From NCBI GenBank assembly GCA_965644315.1, contig CBFFRQ010000043.1, positions 434,001-498,000 on the forward strand: a stretch of 64,000 nt of DNA, written 5' to 3'. The position numbers and the translations under genes were made by a program. Below the pieces are notes generated by a model, which saw only the letters and a list, made by a program, of their open reading frames with translations, did no database searches and was not told the DNA's origin. Source of the stretch: Caecitellus pseudoparvulus. Its lineage: Eukaryota > Protista > Bigyra: Bicosoecida. Of the stretch, positions 59,715 to 64,000 are shown piece after piece; position 1 is the first letter of the stretch, and the number at the start of each line of letters is the position of its first letter.

Positions 59715-59932
59715 TCGTCCGGCAGTGTCGCGTTGTCAAGTAGGGAGGGCTTATCAGGCGAGCAGCACTCACTGCACCCACTTCAATGGGCGAGACTTCC
59801 ATGTGGGAGTCAAGCTTCGAGATGCATTGGTGGGATGGCTCGCGCTGCTGCTTGGTCGGAGACCCTGGAACTGGAACGAATGCGACGCAATGTCAGCGGA
59901 GTGTGTTGACTGCTGGGGAACGGATCGGACGA

Positions 59933-62756
59933 CTACAAGACTGAGCTGCTGTTTGGCACCCACACAGCAACACAGTCACCCCGGCCTGCTGGCAACTCTG
60001 GCGCACCGCCTGCCTCCCACACGTCCCCGTCGAGCGAGAATACATCCACTGAGCGCCGGTTCGGCATGAGTGCACGCTGGCCCCCAAGGGCGAGCAAGAC
60101 TTCTTGACCAGGCACCATCGCAGTTGCGACCCTTCGGCGTGTCAGGGGCAGGGGCGCTGCGGGGTACCACTTGTCGGCCATGCGCATGTCTAGGAATTCG
60201 ACGCTGCTCAGCGCTCGGGACTCGGGGCCCTGCCCCCCCACTGCATACACTCTGCCCCTTCCATCGGGTGCCACTGAGAAGTACGCCCTAGCATGGTTCA
60301 GGCTGGGCAAGTCTTCCCATCTGCGGCAGCGTGTGTCCAGCAAGGACACTGTCCTACAGACTGAGGACGACGCGTCGATGCCTCCTGCCACAAGCACGGC
60401 GGAGCGTGACGCAACCTCGCAGCACCCGAAGGCATACTTTGCACTTGGCATGGGCACTCCTTCGACCCAGGCGGCCTGCCCGCTTCCTGACAGTAGCAGT
60501 TGATACACAGCAGTGGTTGCCGCTGTCAGCGATTCTGTTGCACCCCGAGAGAGGCACCCACCGACGATCGTGAGTTGGCTCTCCGGCGCTGACCAAGCCG
60601 CTCCAGCATGGCGCACGCCAGCTGGCAGGTCGGGGAGTGCTTGGAGAGAATGATCTGCTGGGAGAGATCCTGTGGACAGCACGAACGCAGATCGAGAAGG
60701 CAAGTCCTTGTCGGGGGGGGAACCTCCCAGCAAGGCCAGGCCTTGCGGGCAGGCGCAAGCTGCCATACCTACGCTGTGCTGGGGGCCTTGGCCGACGCAT
60801 GCCCACGACGCCTTGGCGAGTGGGAACGTGGCACTGTCATGCTGATCGCTGGCAGTGCGTGAAGATCCCCCGGTGAACTCTGTGAGACGCAAGATGTCCA
60901 GAGATGGCGCGTTCCACCAGCCTCGACCACCTGCCACGTACAGTGCCCCCTCCAGTGAGGAGCCCCACCAATTCTGGTCGCTTGCCTCTGCCGGAGCCGC
61001 AAGCGCATATGCAGCAGTGCTGCAGCCAGGGGGGGTCCTCTGAGACCATGCTGTGTCCTCGCGCTCTGTGACGCTATCTGGCGGAGGCAGCGCTCCTCTG
61101 AAGGTTGCTGCTGCTCCACCTGGAGGAAGCACCGCCTGTCTGCCAAATGGAACAGGCTTTGCAGCTTGGGACGGCTCCCATGCCTTTCGGACTTGTCGCT
61201 GAGCCACCCGAGTCATATGATTGGTAGTGTAGTATGCTCGCGTCCCTGAGCGAACTGTGCTGCTGCACGTGCTGAGTGACTCTGCGTCCGATGCATCTGT
61301 CCAGTTCCCTGCGAGGAGGCTGGGCGACACGCTGCCCGAGGTTGTGCGGGGTCTTTTGCTTCTGCTAGGGGGTACATCATCACCTGCGCCCTCGTTCGCT
61401 GCCTCTCCTGGAGCGAGGGTGCCGTCGGAATGGCGAGAAGTGCTGAACATGCTGGGCCACGCACTGGCCTCCCCAGTCGCCACACTTGACTGGCTCAGGG
61501 CGGGCGAGGTTCGTCCTGACGACGCAAAGCTACCGCCGAAGCCCAAGCTGCTGCTGGGAACCTGCAGCGATCGTGCCAATGCGCCCACTACTCTCACCTT
61601 GTACTTGTTTAGCAAGGCCTGCGTTGTGTCGCTGATGGCAGATGCAGGGAACAGCGCCGGCACCCCGAAACCGGCGCAACTCCGTTGCGGCACGCCCAGG
61701 CTGGCGTCTGGCGTCCCTGGCAGCGTCATCAGTATAGAGCGCAGTTGGCCTTCACAGGGGCTGTCTGTGGCAGCCGTGCTGGACGTTGAGCTCACCATTC
61801 TGCCCATGCCCGCTTGCTGCAAGCTCAGGGACGCCAGCGGGTCCCCTGGCGACATGTTTCCGAGGCACATGGCGTTGACCCCCGCCGTGAACGCGTGGGA
61901 GATGTTGCCATTGTGCAACAGTTGGGTGTAAAACTGCCTCGAGAAGGCCACGCATGCCCTGCGAATGCCAGACAGCGCGTGGAGTGATGAGTTGCAGGGC
62001 TGGCTTGTGAATGGTCTGCACCCGTACCGATTCTCAGCGAGTGTCTCCCAACACACCACGAAGGGAACCCCTGCAGCATGGATTTGTCGTCCCAGATCAA
62101 GGCTGTTGCAGCAGTTGAGCACTACACACCGCAGCCCAGCTTGAACCTGCGCAGGGGCAGTGGAGTTGAGCGACTGCGTCACGGAGGTAGGCTGGCTCGC
62201 GCCCGCTGCGCGTCTCACGGCCTGGGACATGCACTGCAGCAGTCCTTCCACAGATACTGCCTCCGATTTTCCGGTGCCGGGCTGGGTCAGCCATATGGTG
62301 TGCTGCTGTTTCCCACTCGCATCTGCAGAGGAGCGTGCGGAGGTTCATTTCCGCAGAGAGCACCGAGGCAACACCACCTGGTCTCCTTACCTGCAACGGG
62401 GTCCCCGTGGCCGAGGTAGTGCAGCACGCTGGGAGTTCTGATCATCAGTACTCGTTGAAGGTCAATTGCCGTGGCACGGTGGTGAATGGACTGAGTCTGG
62501 GGGACAGCGCCTGTGCAGGAGGCAGAGGGACGATTGCAACGCTGCGTTTGTTGGAGCAACAGCTGCGCCGAGCCGTACCAGTCTCCGCAATGGCCTGTAC
62601 TTCATCCAAGGCTTGCGACTCCCTGTCTTTGGAGTGCCCGACAAACACCTCCACTGTCACTTTGTCCAATGCTGCAGCGTCCCTGCGAGACGAATCTTCA
62701 CAGATCCCGCCCGTGCTGGTGAGGGTGCCGCCCGTGCACGCAGTTGCGGCTGCCAT
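59933..62756 (-). CDS. CHAT (caspase-like, clan CD) domain plus six Kelch repeats; exons 62756-62579, 62510-62391, 62322-62028, 61958-59933; ~872 aa
   Basis: Spliced PSVLHYLGHG (His), CVVLNCCNS (Cys) and GVPFVVCWETLAENRACVAFSRQFYTQL..ISHAF. Kelch GG motifs LYVAGG, LALLGG, LTIVGG, VLVAGG, VYAVGG, LLALGG with downstream W. Three canonical introns, all phase-compatible. Confidence 0.85.
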
Positions 62757-63307
62757 GATCAGTGGCGTCTGCTGACGGCGCACAAGAACCTAGTATGAGT
62801 ATGTTCCTGATTGGGAGTCCCGGTGGTTGAGTGCCATTCGTTGGTTCTTTGTCTGGCGGGTTCTTCTGCCCTCCCTCGTGGCTCAGGTCGCACTGAGCAG
62901 GGCTGCCCAGCGGCAAGTATTCTAAGGGCCGCGTGCCATTTGGTTCCTTGGAGACAGGATGTGATCCTAGTGGTAGTCACTAATCCTTCCATTTTAGTAT
63001 TGCGCCTGAAGAGTGAATCGGGGCTGCCTCAACGGCAGGGGAGCAGGTCAGCACCTGGTTGGGGGGGGTACTCTGTGCTGCAGTTTGCGTCGGCACAGCA
63101 CACTTGGGCAGACAATCTACGAATACCTAGGTGGGCACCATACTCGCGTCTCGCTTGGCGAGTTCTGCACGCTCATGAACAAGGCAGGGCAGGGCCGGAC
63201 CGCAGAGCAAAGCGAACCGCGTTGCTTGCGTTGGCACCCGCTACGTGGTGCTCTCCCGGGAAGGGCGTAGTGCGAGCCGTCAACCCATGTCCACCCTTTG
63301 AACGGCG

Positions 63308-64000
63308 ATGAATTTGTCTTTTGCGAGCGATGAAGGCGATGCTTTCATCTCGTCCCTGCTGACGTCTCCGGGCATGCCGGCAGCGGCGGCGGACGTGAGC
63401 CACAGCCTTTCATCGGTGCGTGCTGGCCCGCTTGGAGGGATCGCTGCAGTGACTTGCCACACACCCTTCCGGCTCAATACTGCACAGTTTGCATCCAACG
63501 TCCAGGCCAAGCTTGATGGGAGCTTTGCAGGGCCGACAGCGGCCGTTGGAGCGGGCAGCAGTTTCGCTGGCGTTTCAGGCGCGCGTAGCGCCGCCAGCGA
63601 AGCTCCCCCGGCCTCGAAGGACCTCCTGCTCACGGTGGCTCGGCAGGAAGCTGAAATCCTCGAGTTAAAGTCGGCGCTCGATGCATCGAGGTCTGAAGTG
63701 GAGGCGGGGACCCCGCCAGGTCCAGGTTTGAACACACCCGCACGTGGTCAGAAGCGGCGTCGGACAAGTTCTGCCTCCGGTGGGGGCCTCGAGTCCTCTC
63801 CACGACAAGCTCAAGGACTCACTGCAGCCCTGGAGGTGTCTAGTCTACAGGACCAGGTCCAGGCTCTGCGTCAGGAGGTGCAGGCAGGGCAGGCGGAGGT
63901 GCAGGAGGCCCGCGCGGCTGCTGCCAACGCTCGTGAGCGACAAGCCCGCGCGGAGGCAGAGCTGCACAGGGGCCAGCAAGCCTGGGACGCCGAACGGTCG
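63308..64000 (+). CDS. 5' part of a coiled-coil protein, truncated by the window edge
   Basis: Open frame from ATG 63308 (MNLSFASDEGD..) to the end of the window. It has an NLS-like GQKRRRT and heptad-rich LQDQVQALRQEVQ... Confidence 0.65.
   Translation, partial: MNLSFASDEGDAFISSLLTSPGMPAAAADVSHSLSSVRAGPLGGIAAVTCHTPFRLNTAQFASNVQAKLDGSFAGPTAAVGAGSSFAGVSGARSAASEAPPASKDLLLTVARQEAEILELKSALDASRSEVEAGTPPGPGLNTPARGQKRRRTSSASGGGLESSPRQAQGLTAALEVSSLQDQVQALRQEVQAGQAEVQEARAAAANARERQARAEAELHRGQQAWDAERS

Noticed and set aside
1-64000. Alternative genetic code, selenoprotein recoding, CRISPR arrays, transposons or viral insertions
   Set aside because: TAA, TAG and TGA all end genes normally, apparent breaks are explained by introns, and no repeat-spacer arrays, transposase, RT, integrase or capsid motifs were seen.

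Overview
GC-rich (roughly two-thirds GC by eye), gene-dense eukaryotic nuclear DNA with short GT-AG introns (mostly 65-100 nt). It probably comes from a flagellated, aerobic protist. A stramenopile is my inference and is not demonstrated. I reconstruct 17 complete protein genes, one truncated gene and one tRNA-Leu(CAA). The genes are: NDUFB9, a BAR-PH (Slm1-like) protein, a ~6,850-aa midasin, MCM5, a 4-TM protein, AK6/Fap7, a Tim17-family gene missed by the ORF track, a bacterial-like DUF5060/GH5-clan glycoside hydrolase, a SEL1-repeat protein, MRPL20, a Tul1/FLY-type RING-H2 E3 ligase, a CELF/Bruno RNA-binding protein, a TVP15/COPI-associated protein, an orphan disordered protein, CCDC180/CFAP76, a CEP70-like protein and a CHAT-Kelch protein. 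Two observations stand out. (1) A spliced caspase-like CHAT protease with an intact His/Cys dyad is fused to a six-bladed Kelch propeller; the His exon is only visible after splicing. (2) The hexamer AATGCA follows 13 of 17 stop codons on the sense strand and forms shared palindromes between convergent genes, which suggests a non-canonical polyadenylation signal. Gene models were built by hand and family calls come from motif recognition; no searches were run.
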